Shown: positions 27,565-37,208, counted from the stretch's first letter. The stretch: DNA of 49,382 nt from Bdellovibrionota bacterium FG-2 (GCA_051382305.1 JBBCAV010000107.1:1-49382), one strand, 5' to 3'. Notes: generated by a model from the sequence alone, not told the origin. Numbers and translations: made by a program.

Positions 27565-30170
27565 AATCAATCCACGGTGTTCAAATTCCTGATCCCATTG
27601 CAAGATCCCTTTGGAAAAACGATCTCTATGTCGATGCCCTCTTTAAGCGCCCAGAATCGTTAGGAGCGCTTCTTCCTTATGACGAATATCTGCCAGCACA
27701 AAAGGTGTTTCGAATGAAGGATGGATCGTTAGGCGCTGTTTTCGAAGCCACACTTTTAGAGCATGAGCCTATGACGAGCGATCAAATCATTGCCGCAGTC
27801 GATGGGCTTCGCTCCTGGTTTCACGTTCCTTCCAATACGACTTTGCAAATTACGTTTGATCAGGCAGCGATTTCACCGCTTGATGCGCGGTTTCGATCTT
27901 TTAGCGAAGCCTATCGTGATCCTAATCCGGTTTCAAAATTCTTATACGATGCGCGAGTATCTGGCATTCAAGGGGCGTGTAATACCACAAGCCCCTTGGC
28001 GCCTTTTGAGAGGCGACTTTGGATTAGCCTAAGATACTTTCCAACGGTTTCGGCCTATTCGGGCAAGCGAATGCTCATGCAAAAGGGGGAGGCACTTCTT
28101 TTAAACGAAACCAAGGAGTTTGTGCGGGAACTACAATTGTTTTCCCATCTCGTTACGGATTTTGAGCATAGCTCTAAGATCAAGCTAAGACAGTGCGGAG
28201 CTCAGGATCTGTTGGATGTGTTGCGGCGGTTTTTCAATCCCAAAACGTATTACAAAAGAAGTTTTGCCACTTTCAACCCTAACGTCCCGCTTTCTGACCA
28301 GCTGATCTATAGTAGCCCAACCCTTGATTACCTCGGAATCCAGCGCGAGGGCGTTATGACTCGCACCTTAACGCTAAAGACTAGCCCACAGTTTGCCTAC
28401 CCAGGCGGCATGGCCTACTTTACGAAACTTGGGTTTCCCTTTCGCCTTTCGCTCAATTTTAAGTTCCCAACAAAATCGGAAACGAAGACCTTTTTTGATT
28501 TAAAGGAGTTCTTTCTTCAAAATACGCCATCGGCCCGTGCCAAGCGCCAGCGAGAGGAGGTCCTAGAGGTTCAAGACAAGCTTGCGCGCGATGATCGGTG
28601 CTTGCATATGACTTTTACCTTGGTTGTCGAGGGAGAAACCGAGGAGGTTTTGGATCAACGGGTGAGGGACGTCGTTAATATATTTCACAACGATCTTGAG
28701 TGCGAAACAATCGTTGAGGACAAGATTGGGCTGGGACTGTGTCTCAACTCATTGCCCCTAAATTACATCCCTAAGTCTGATCATGCGAGCCAACGCTTTA
28801 TTCGGATCCTACGCTCTGATGCAACCAAGCTTGTTCCTATCTTTGATTCTTTCCGGGGTTTGGAGCGTCCACTGCAACTTTATCTTTCTCGTGAAAATAA
28901 CCTCGTTAAGTTTTCACTGCTTGAAAATGAAACGTCTAACCATACTGTTGTTTTAGCTGACAGTGGATCGGGAAAAAGTGCTTTCATCATCGACTGCATC
29001 CAAGCAGCCAAACGCATGAGCCCCGAGCCTCTAGTTTTTGTGGTCGATAAAAAATCAAGTTATCCCATGATGTCGCATTATTTTGATGGGGAGCTCACGG
29101 CTTTTGACCGCAATCAACCCATGCCATTTACGCCGTTTCGGGGTGTGTATGATGAAGAGAAGATCGCATTCCTCACTCAACTCTTGATGGCAGCGATAAA
29201 GCTCACATCGCCTGCTTTTGGCTGGGATAGCACGAAAGGCGCGGCTCTTACTCAAGCAATCAGAAACGCTCACACCAAGCGGTCTCGAGAAATTGGGCTT
29301 GTTTATGTGGATGGCGCGCTGAAACGCGAAGTGTCCGACGCCGCCATTGAAATTACGATGGAAGAGGTGGTTGCCGAACTTTCGTCGCTTCCTTCAATGC
29401 GGGAGTTTGAAACCTTCGGTGCTATTGTCGAAGAACTGACGCAAGCGCTTTTGCCGTTTTATGGGGAGGGGATCTATGCCCACTACTTTAGGGGTGCTCC
29501 TGAAAGGGCGAATTCACGTCGGACTTCTCTCTATATCTATGACTTAGATGCGTTGGACTCCGATCCTTTGATTCAAGCTCTCATGACGATGTCTGTCTTT
29601 GAGGAAATCAGGAGGATCATTCGATTGCCAGCAAATACGGGGCGAACGGGTTTTATTGTCCTTGAGGAACTGGGGATGTTGGGGCGCGATAACCCCACGG
29701 CGAGCCGAATGATCGTCGATTTTGCTGAGACCCTTCGAAAAATGGGCTACTGGCTCATTAGTTTAACCCCCAGGCCGCAAAACTACTTTGAACTCGAAGT
29801 GGGGCGCGCGATGTGGGGCGTGGCCGATAACTTCATTTTCATGCAGATGGGCGCCGACAATGTCGATTACCTTCTGAAGCACTCGGCCCTGCTTGATGAA
29901 GCGAGCTCCGAGATCGTAAAATCACTGCGAACCAAACGGGGCTCTCATGCCGAGGTGTTTTACATGAACAAGAAAAAGACCAAGCAAGGTGCCTTCAAAT
30001 ATTTTCAGACTCCCTATGACCGATGGCTTGCGCCTACAAATTCGAAAGATATGAAGGAGGCCACTGAAGCTTTGCTTCGCTTTCCTGGCGAGAAGTGGAA
30101 AGCGCTTGAGTATTTGGCTGCGACTTATCCGCAGGGTGTGCAAGGGGTTCAAGGGGGAGGTGCGGTATGA
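27561..30170 (+). CDS. traC: TraC/VirB4 ATPase
   Basis: LLPYDEY, NHTVVLADSGSGKSA, VVDKKSSY, IVLEE...TLRK; 869 aa. Confidence 0.9.
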   Translation: MKSIHGVQIPDPIARSLWKNDLYVDALFKRPESLGALLPYDEYLPAQKVFRMKDGSLGAVFEATLLEHEPMTSDQIIAAVDGLRSWFHVPSNTTLQITFDQAAISPLDARFRSFSEAYRDPNPVSKFLYDARVSGIQGACNTTSPLAPFERRLWISLRYFPTVSAYSGKRMLMQKGEALLLNETKEFVRELQLFSHLVTDFEHSSKIKLRQCGAQDLLDVLRRFFNPKTYYKRSFATFNPNVPLSDQLIYSSPTLDYLGIQREGVMTRTLTLKTSPQFAYPGGMAYFTKLGFPFRLSLNFKFPTKSETKTFFDLKEFFLQNTPSARAKRQREEVLEVQDKLARDDRCLHMTFTLVVEGETEEVLDQRVRDVVNIFHNDLECETIVEDKIGLGLCLNSLPLNYIPKSDHASQRFIRILRSDATKLVPIFDSFRGLERPLQLYLSRENNLVKFSLLENETSNHTVVLADSGSGKSAFIIDCIQAAKRMSPEPLVFVVDKKSSYPMMSHYFDGELTAFDRNQPMPFTPFRGVYDEEKIAFLTQLLMAAIKLTSPAFGWDSTKGAALTQAIRNAHTKRSREIGLVYVDGALKREVSDAAIEITMEEVVAELSSLPSMREFETFGAIVEELTQALLPFYGEGIYAHYFRGAPERANSRRTSLYIYDLDALDSDPLIQALMTMSVFEEIRRIIRLPANTGRTGFIVLEELGMLGRDNPTASRMIVDFAETLRKMGYWLISLTPRPQNYFELEVGRAMWGVADNFIFMQMGADNVDYLLKHSALLDEASSEIVKSLRTKRGSHAEVFYMNKKKTKQGAFKYFQTPYDRWLAPTNSKDMKEATEALLRFPGEKWKALEYLAATYPQGVQGVQGGGAV

Positions 30171-31504
30171 AAATTTCCTTTATGCTTCTTTTGGCATTTG
30201 TTGCCTTTGTGTCTGCGGGCAGTGCCTGGGCTAGCAAGGACGGATCGTATTCTTCTCGTTTATCGGCTCGTATGTCTCCAAACGATTACCTCATGCGCTC
30301 TCACGGTGAGCATCGAGATCCCGTTTTTGATAAATTTAAGGTCGTGAATGTTGGCGCAACCGTCGGGGTGGGTTCGGATTGCGGCAAGATCAACTTTCAA
30401 TCCACGATCCAATCAAGCCTTCAAAACGTCTTGGACTTAAAATACTTTGGCGAGGTCGGAATGGGAATCATCGGTGCAGGCCCAATGCTTGCCACTTGCT
30501 ATCTCTCGCCGACTTGGTGCGCGATTCTAAAACACAGTCAGTTAAGCGCAAACTTTTTGTCTCAAATGAGGCTTAATCAATGCTCCATTGTCGATAAGTA
30601 CGTTGATAGCCGAGTGGAGGACTATTATCAGGAGCGCCAATCATGCGTTAAAAAGGCCATTCAAAATAAGGGCGGAAATCTTGAGAGTGCGATGGACTCC
30701 TGTAACTCAGGCGATGACTTCTCCCGTAATCTAACCAGTTGGTCAGGAGATGGGGGAGGGGGCGCATCAAACGATACCAATCGCTTGATCGGCTCCTCCG
30801 CTAAATGGGCGGGACTTGATCAGCCTGCGAACCAAGGGGCGCTGAATCTTGTAAAGTCATTTGTTGGCGATACGGTGCTTACCAAGGGCAAGGTTTCGGT
30901 AGATTTTGGGCCGCGGCAAGTCGCCCTCACTCCGAGGACCTATCTTCAGTCGCTTCAAAAGAGCTCTTATGAAGGCCTTTGTGAAAAAATCATCAAACGC
31001 ATAGAGGGGGCTGGCCCTGAGGCAAGTGTAGACCGCTTGGTTTCTGATGGAGAACTTAAGAATTTGAGTCCCAATAGTGACGAGCCTATGATTGACCGGC
31101 AAACTATTCGCGCTTTGGCCCTAATGCCTCCTAATCAGAGGCACTTGTCATGTCGGAAACTCTCCGATTCACTGGCCAATCATATGTTTTCGGCGGACGT
31201 GAATCGATCCGTTGATCTATTGACGACGCTTTCCCAAAATCCAAATCTGCCTCCCCATCGCAAAAAGGAGTTAGAAGAAAAGCGGCAAGCCCTCAAGGAT
31301 TCCGTCGAAGTGACGCTCGCCCTTCAGAAAGAGCAAAATGATCCCGTCAATCAGATCCAGGCTCAAATCATTGAGCAGGGCCAACGCTTGGAGCGCCAAG
31401 GGGTTGAGACCGTACTCGATCACGATGCGGAGGCCTCTCAAGTGGATCGTGTGAGGGCGAGGTATATGGATTGTTCTGACGAAACTTTTTGCGAAGGGAG
31501 GTGA
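30167..31504 (+). CDS. traH: TraH-like periplasmic protein
   Basis: Signal peptide, SDCGKINF, conserved Cys pattern and C-terminal coiled coil, immediately before traG. Confidence 0.55.
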   Translation: MKISFMLLLAFVAFVSAGSAWASKDGSYSSRLSARMSPNDYLMRSHGEHRDPVFDKFKVVNVGATVGVGSDCGKINFQSTIQSSLQNVLDLKYFGEVGMGIIGAGPMLATCYLSPTWCAILKHSQLSANFLSQMRLNQCSIVDKYVDSRVEDYYQERQSCVKKAIQNKGGNLESAMDSCNSGDDFSRNLTSWSGDGGGGASNDTNRLIGSSAKWAGLDQPANQGALNLVKSFVGDTVLTKGKVSVDFGPRQVALTPRTYLQSLQKSSYEGLCEKIIKRIEGAGPEASVDRLVSDGELKNLSPNSDEPMIDRQTIRALALMPPNQRHLSCRKLSDSLANHMFSADVNRSVDLLTTLSQNPNLPPHRKKELEEKRQALKDSVEVTLALQKEQNDPVNQIQAQIIEQGQRLERQGVETVLDHDAEASQVDRVRARYMDCSDETFCEGR

Positions 31505-31510
31505 TCAAAT

Positions 31511-33016
31511 ATGTTTTCAAATACAGCCTACGAGGCATTTTATCAGTACATTGGACTCTCGCTTCATGCCAAATTTATTGAGGTCATCACATCCCAGAAG
31601 GTTTTTGGGTCAGTGTTGCTCTTTATTTTTGGGGTAAGTTTCTTTTTAACCCTGATTCATTTTTTCTCGCGCTACATGCCAGGGGGGCTTCTCTCAAAAG
31701 AGAGCGTTCCGTTTTCGAAGTTCTTTCAGGTTACGGCCTGTCTCTTTCTGGGTGTGGCGCTACTTAAAGCAAATACTTCGACAAACGTTAAACATTTTAA
31801 TAACGAATCGTGGCATCAGAACGCGTACATCCAGGGGCAGCTCAGCGAGGTCAGTCCTGAGTATTAGGTGAGTTTTATCTTCGACATTCTCAGTCGCAGT
31901 GCTGAAGAAGTCACGGCCCTTATTAGTCGGGTGATCGATGGAGCACTATCGAAGAGTCACTCACAGCTTGATACTCCAAACCTGTTCTTTAAGGCGATCA
32001 TGTACGCGTCTGCTGCTACCATTGATGATCCGGGTCTTAAGCAGGGTATTCATGCTTATACCGATGAGTGCTTTGGGCGAGTGCTCCCCATGATTAAAGA
32101 GGCGAAAGAGAATCAATCGCTTGATGGTTTGTTCCGCTCTAGACCCGATTTCGACCGCAAGCTATCCGAACTTACGATCGAGACTCCTGATAAGACCCCA
32201 TATAACTGCCTAGACATGAAAAGGGAAGTGGAGGAGCGACTCCGCGCTTATGCTGTTCAAAAGGATGGAGGCCCCGGAAGTCTCATGGGTGTGCAGATGG
32301 AAAACATGCGAGGCCACATTATTAGTAAAGAGCGCTGGATGAATTTTGCAATGTCCCGCTACCTCGTGAATAATTACCATTCTGAGCGGGAGGGACGATT
32401 TGGTTTTCAAAAGGGCGCCGAATTTAAGGGCGGTGAAGCGACCTTCTGGCAGCACTTGAGCCACTTTTTTAGTTTTGATACGCTTTCCCGCGCTTTGGGC
32501 TCAGAGAATCTTCAAGGGATGGGGTTTTCGTTGAAAAAGAGTGAGGAATTTAGCGAGTTCCTGGCGCGCGCTCCTCACATAGCGGGCTTTATCAAAATGT
32601 TTTTGATTGCTTGTTTCCCGTGGCTAATTTTTCCGGTGGTGGCGGGGTATTGGCGGATATTAGCCGTGTGGTTTTTTACATATTTCTCAGTCCTTCTTTG
32701 GACCCCGATTTGGACACTCCTTTATCATGTGATGCTCGGAGTTTCATTGTCCGCAGATACCCTGCATGCCTTTGGCCAACTCGATGATGGCGTTTCACTT
32801 TATGCCTCGGAGCTTATCTCCTCGCGCATGTACAATATGTTTGCCATTTATTCCTGGCTTCAGATTCTCCTGGGCACGCTTTTTACGGGGATGACTGTGT
32901 GGTTTTTGAGTCCGATGCTAAGCGGTGGGGGGCGGAGTCAGACGCCTGAGTTTGTCAGTGACTCGGGTCAGGCGATCAGTACCGGAGTGAAGGTCGCAAG
33001 TGTGGCGGCGTTATGA
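31511..33016 (+). pseudogene. traG: TraG N-terminal-domain membrane protein interrupted by one in-frame TAG (31865-31867)
   Basis: ORFs 31511-31867 and 31868-33016 are contiguous and in frame (PEY*VSFIF). Polytopic, with YTDECF and FPW...WTPIW TraG_N-like pattern. Confidence 0.6.
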
Positions 33017-33237
33017 ATAAAGAGTTGATAAGTGATGTTCAGTCTGAATCCTCGAGTACGAAATCCCCTTGGATGACCACGCGGGAGGTAGCGGAGTATC
33101 TCCGTTCGACTCCTGGTCAGATCCGCAATTATGCCTGGCAGGGAAAACTCACAAGGTATCACCTGGGGAATCGGGATCGGTTTTTGAGATCCGATGTCGA
33201 AAAGTTCATTCAGCTAAAGGTTCCTGAAAAAGTATAA
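33013..33237 (+). CDS. excisionase-like HTH protein
   Basis: WMTTREVAEYLR...GKL...RDRFLRSDVEKFI. Confidence 0.8.
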   Translation: MNKELISDVQSESSSTKSPWMTTREVAEYLRSTPGQIRNYAWQGKLTRYHLGNRDRFLRSDVEKFIQLKVPEKV

Positions 33238-33240
33238 TAA

Positions 33241-33310
33241 ATCGCCTACCCCCTTCGGGGGCGGCTCATAATAATCTAAGCGGCTTCCACTTCAAACGGA
33301 GAAGTCGCTT
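33241..33310 (+). other. two tandem intergenic hairpins
   Basis: GCC-TA-CCCCC-TTC-GGGGG-C-GGC, then AAGCGGCTTC...GAAGTCGCTT followed by TATTT. TATAAT at 33233-33238 lies just upstream. Confidence 0.5.
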
Positions 33311-33324
33311 TATTTAGGAGTTTT

Positions 33325-33687
33325 ATGGAAACCACATCAGAAAACAAATTGGCTGAAAAGAAGGCAAAAGCGAAGAAATCTAATACCCATGCGATGATTC
33401 CCCTAAAAAGGGAGACTCAGAAACGGGTGGCCGCCGACATGGCTCGTGTCAATCGCAAGGATTACGGACGCACAGTGAGAATCGACGAATACATTGCTTT
33501 AGCCATCAGTTTGATTACTCCAGAGCATATCCGTCAGCTTCAGGAAGCATCGCTGTCGCATAAGGATCGGTTTGAGCGGGAATATCGGGAGTATGTTGCA
33601 AGTCACACTCGTATTTCTCGCGATGAGTATTTGGGGAAGCGACTTAGTGGGGAAATCCCAATTAAGGGCAGCAGTGAATGCGCTTAA
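33325..33687 (+). CDS. hypothetical basic protein, possibly DNA-binding
   Basis: TAGGAG RBS; 120 aa, Lys/Arg-rich. Confidence 0.6.
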   Translation: METTSENKLAEKKAKAKKSNTHAMIPLKRETQKRVAADMARVNRKDYGRTVRIDEYIALAISLITPEHIRQLQEASLSHKDRFEREYREYVASHTRISRDEYLGKRLSGEIPIKGSSECA

Positions 33688-33696
33688 ACTGAATTT

Positions 33697-33996
33697 TCAT
33701 TCTCCACTCCAAGGCGCTGAGTTGATCGCCTCTTTGAGTAAACGATCGAGTTGCTGTTGAAGTTTACGGTAATTTGCGATTCGCAACTCGCACTCGTAGG
33801 CGATTTCTTTGCTAATTGTTTTTGTGGTGCGTTTTCCGTTGATTGTGCCAGTCCACCTATAATAGGGCCCATGAAGGGCGTCAGAATCATAATGGCAGCG
33901 ACAACTTTGCGTGCCGCATTTTGCAACTGCCGTGGAAATCGCCCCATACAAAATCGGGCCATCAACTTCGATTTGGATTTTTATGTTTTTCGTCAC
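33697..33996 (-). CDS. DUF6788-like Zn-binding protein
   Basis: KCGTQSCRCH...HGPYYRWT...GKRTTK...IANYRKL. Confidence 0.65.
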   Translation of the reverse strand: MTKNIKIQIEVDGPILYGAISTAVAKCGTQSCRCHYDSDALHGPYYRWTGTINGKRTTKTISKEIAYECELRIANYRKLQQQLDRLLKEAINSAPWSGE

Positions 33997-34060
33997 CTAA
34001 TGTATACTGGTATTAGGTTTATCGTGAAAGTGCAAGAACAAATTCCGCAAAGGCAAACGA

Positions 34061-35128
34061 TCATGTCATGAGTTTTGTCAGTCGCTCTACCGATTCGTCA
34101 GTCATGACAAAGCCGGTGTAGTGCAATTGAACCGTTGCTACGGTGTCCCCCAGGCACAGAGCGATTTGGCTAAGGGAAGCGCCTTTTGATAAAAGGTGAA
34201 TTGCGTACGAATGACGGAGGTCGTGCGCTGAAATCTGTTTATCTTTTCGCTTAGGGAATGCCAGCCGGGAAGCACGAATGATTTGATTGATGGCAGCGTT
34301 ACGAAAGGCCTGCTTATTTTCCACCTCACACCACGCTAGGTACCCCTCTTTGGCCTTGGGCAGGAGAATCGTATGGTGAGGTGTTTCGTTCTTAATTTCT
34401 CGAATCCTACCCTGCAAGTCCATCTGAGTCGAAATGTGGATGGTCCCATTGGGCTTGAGACGACTAAATGCGGGCGAAAAGGCTTCCCCTATTCGGGCAC
34501 CCGTGCCGAACAAAGCGACCGCGAGGTTCCGGACTTCAGGGCTATGGATGTGCGGTAGGATTTTTTGAAGTTCTTCCCAGGTGACGTAGTCGGGGTAAGA
34601 GTGGGGCCGGGGTTTCTTTTCAACGCTGAAGCCGCGGCTCAAGAATTCAAGGAGCTGATTGATACGAATGCAGTGGCGACGTTGCTGATAGGCTTCACAT
34701 TTGTCGAGTGCGTCTTTAAGTTGCTGCTTTGTCGCAGTGACAAGGCTTAAGGGATCGATGGCCTTCAGTGCCCGGAGCAAATCGTTGCGGGTGGATGACT
34801 CATTTTTGAGATATCGCGTTGCATACTTCTCAGCCCAGAAGGTGGTGAATAATTTTCTGTTCTGGTCTGAGAGTTGTGCATCAATCGATTCCCTTTGTTT
34901 GACGTTTGCTTCAGACTTGAGGGTTCCCACTAATCCCTTGGTTTGGGTGTGGGCATTTTCAGCGGTTAGGAGACCACGTTGGAGGTTTAGATTGATTGCA
35001 TCAAGGCGAGAGTCGTCGACCTGAACCTGTTCCCGCTTACCGTCGAAATGAATGGTGTCCCTGATGATTGCAAAGCTGCGACGTTTGCCGGTAGGACGTT
35101 TGATTGAGAATCGTATGCTCTTTATCAT
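34061..35128 (-). CDS. tyrosine integrase
   Basis: GTGARIGE (R), HDLRHSYA (HxxR), LGD...HY (catalytic Tyr). Adjacent to the tRNA 3' end. Confidence 0.88.
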   Translation of the reverse strand: MIKSIRFSIKRPTGKRRSFAIIRDTIHFDGKREQVQVDDSRLDAINLNLQRGLLTAENAHTQTKGLVGTLKSEANVKQRESIDAQLSDQNRKLFTTFWAEKYATRYLKNESSTRNDLLRALKAIDPLSLVTATKQQLKDALDKCEAYQQRRHCIRINQLLEFLSRGFSVEKKPRPHSYPDYVTWEELQKILPHIHSPEVRNLAVALFGTGARIGEAFSPAFSRLKPNGTIHISTQMDLQGRIREIKNETPHHTILLPKAKEGYLAWCEVENKQAFRNAAINQIIRASRLAFPKRKDKQISAHDLRHSYAIHLLSKGASLSQIALCLGDTVATVQLHYTGFVMTDESVERLTKLMT

Positions 35129-35249
35129 CTATAAACGAATCCAAAAATGAGCGTAGTGGCTCGGGTTTGCCGTAGATCTTGTGGTACAGATCGGCAAATT
35201 CTCGTGCTTTCTTGAATTCGTCTAGAAAAATAACAGTGTTTTCAGCCAT
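35037..35249 (-). CDS. small hypothetical protein upstream of the integrase
   Basis: N-terminus NTVIFLDEFKKAR. Overlaps the integrase start. Confidence 0.35.
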   Translation of the reverse strand: MAENTVIFLDEFKKAREFADLYHKIYGKPEPLRSFLDSFIDDKEHTILNQTSYRQTSQLCNHQGHHSFRR

Positions 35250-35331
35250 CTACCACAAAAGCCCATCTTGCGTCTGCCAAACCGCTGTTTTGGGAGGGGT
35301 TTGAAATCGTAAATCTTTAATGATATCAAAG

Positions 35332-35416
35332 TGGTGCGGGCGACTGGACTTGAACCAGCACACCTTGCGGTATACGCCCCTCAAACGTACGTGTCTACCA
35401 ATTCCACCACGCCCGC
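35332..35416 (-). tRNA. tRNA-Leu(GAG)
   Basis: GCGGGCGTGGTGGAATTGGTAGACACGTACGTTTGAGGGGCGTATACCGCAAGGTGTGCTGGTTCAAGTCCAGTCGCCCGCACCA, with anticodon GAG, long variable arm and encoded CCA. Confidence 0.96.
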
Positions 35417-35544
35417 ATCCTAATTGATTTCTTCACAAAATCGAGGGGTTGAATGCCTATTCTAAGTGCGAGGTGGGGGGAGAGTCAAGCTTAGATTTTC
35501 ATGCCTTGAATTTTGTTGCGGCTTGAGTTAAAGCATGTAACGCT

Positions 35545-36438
35545 ATGCGACACAGATTTCTTTCGACCTTGAAACTCTTCGCTCTTTTGGCTTTCGGGGT
35601 ATTGCCCGGGTTCGCGCCGGGCTTTGCTTACGCCTTTTCAAAAGCGCCGACCGCTCCTCTTTTTTTTCGCGGAATGACGGAAAAACAAGCCAGCATTGAA
35701 TCCGTAATCCAGAGGATGGCAGGCGCCGGAAAATCTGTGATTCCGTCTTGGCGATTTTCGTATCTTGCCACAAAGAATTCAGGCTTGGATCAACTGGCCC
35801 TTCGGGAAATGTTGGATCGGGACATCGCGTTTTGGAGGCGGTCTGCAACTTTGGGAAGATTTTTGGAATGTCATTCTGATTTCTACGAATGTCGCTACCC
35901 CAAGATGAGTGTGCTGCGCGCGGAAAGTTTTCAAATGCAAATGGCGATAAATGATACTTCCGAGGATATTTCTCAACTCGGCTTTGAAAAGGCGCAAGAA
36001 CTATTCTCTCACTTCGATCCGGTGATCAGTACATCAATCTCTAAGCAAGTGGCGCAAAGTTTTGTGCGCGACAAAGAGGAGGCGAAAGGTTTCTTGCTGG
36101 CCGTCTTTGACCTCAATCATCGCAATTGTCCCGAAGCAGCGGCCGAAAGCGATAATAGCAAATGCATCATTCAAATGACCGAATATGCTGAGGAGCAAGA
36201 GTTCCCTTTTTTGGGCTACGTTTTGCCAGAAGAAATCTATAGTCTGGAGCGGCTCGGAACGTCGGTCACGCGTGTGCTCGATGTCCCAGGGACCCTAGAA
36301 ATCCAAACCACCGGTGACACAAGCTTCTGGAAATGCGGCGGAAATAAGATTCCTAAAAAGTTTTATGACCGCCTCGACCCCACGATCGCCGATGCCCTAC
36401 AACGGGTTGAGCGTCAATGCCAGGCAAACGCGGGCTAG
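35545..36438 (+). CDS. secreted ADP-ribosyltransferase-like protein (R-STS-ExE)
   Basis: Signal peptide ending AYA. Motifs LFFRGM, VISTSISKQVAQSF, EYAEEQEFPFLGYVLPEEI. Confidence 0.7.
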   Translation: MRHRFLSTLKLFALLAFGVLPGFAPGFAYAFSKAPTAPLFFRGMTEKQASIESVIQRMAGAGKSVIPSWRFSYLATKNSGLDQLALREMLDRDIAFWRRSATLGRFLECHSDFYECRYPKMSVLRAESFQMQMAINDTSEDISQLGFEKAQELFSHFDPVISTSISKQVAQSFVRDKEEAKGFLLAVFDLNHRNCPEAAAESDNSKCIIQMTEYAEEQEFPFLGYVLPEEIYSLERLGTSVTRVLDVPGTLEIQTTGDTSFWKCGGNKIPKKFYDRLDPTIADALQRVERQCQANAG

Positions 36439-37205
36439 TATTCGAATCGCAGTCCAAAGTAGAGGGATGAACCCGTCAAGTTGATGTTCGCGTCCGACCC
36501 CTTGAGGGTTCGATACTCCGCTACGAGATAGGTGCGGGTAACTCCGTTTGTGGCAAACATTTGCGCGGCGGCACTCGGTTCAAACATATTGAGCAGAAGA
36601 TAACCTCCAAAAAAGGGACCTTTGGCCATCACCCGACTCTTGACGCCGGAGACAAAACGGTAGCTCATGTACTCGGCTTCGTATCCCCCCATGGGTACGA
36701 GAATTTGCTCTCTGAAAAACCGAGCTTGATAACGGATTTGTCCGCCGCCAGACCAAATTGATAAGGTGTTCGGAGTGAGTCCGGCTTCGGCGGCAATTGG
36801 AAACAGATTTGCGGAAAGGCCTAGGCTTACCACCCCGATAGCTTGAATGAAGGGCGGCTGATACTCAAACTCCAGCGCAAGCGCCCGAGCCGGTTTTCCT
36901 TTTTGGTCGGCGTTGATATCTTTGCCGCCAAACGCTTTGAGAGATCCTGTGGCTTGAACGCCAAAACTGGGTCGAAGGGTAGTGTAAAGTGGAATCCGGG
37001 GATCGCGCTTCTCCAGGCTGGTGGCAGTGGGCGTGCTCTGGATTTCGCTCACCGCTATTGTCTCTTTGACCTCTTCTACTTTTTGCTCTTCTTCAGCACG
37101 GGCAGGACGGGCACAGGTGAGTGAAAAAATCAGAGTCCCCGTCGTAAGGAGCGTGGAAAACGTAAGGTCGCGAGTTTTTCGTCTGTATAGTGTGTTGATT
37201 CTCAT
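36435..37205 (-). CDS. outer-membrane beta-barrel protein
   Basis: Signal peptide, amphipathic strands and C-terminal LYFGLRFEY. Confidence 0.65.
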   Translation of the reverse strand: MRINTLYRRKTRDLTFSTLLTTGTLIFSLTCARPARAEEEQKVEEVKETIAVSEIQSTPTATSLEKRDPRIPLYTTLRPSFGVQATGSLKAFGGKDINADQKGKPARALALEFEYQPPFIQAIGVVSLGLSANLFPIAAEAGLTPNTLSIWSGGGQIRYQARFFREQILVPMGGYEAEYMSYRFVSGVKSRVMAKGPFFGGYLLLNMFEPSAAAQMFATNGVTRTYLVAEYRTLKGSDANINLTGSSLYFGLRFEY

Positions 37206-37208
37206 TTG

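Larger units (their letters stand above)
10349..35331. mobile_element. putative integrative (ICE-like) island at the tRNA-Leu 3' end; left boundary not defined
   Basis: Tyrosine integrase next to the tRNA 3' end, excisionase-like HTH gene and F-type T4SS cluster. The left limit is placed at the end of the divergent regulatory operon. No att direct repeat was found. Confidence 0.7.

Noticed and set aside
33241-33310. oriT assignment for the hairpins after the excisionase gene
   Set aside because: No recognisable nic motif and no relaxase in the window. Kept only as unexplained hairpins.
35321-35328. TGATATCA next to the tRNA matching the hicAB operator half-site
   Set aside because: A single 8-mer palindrome with no promoter context; likely coincidence.
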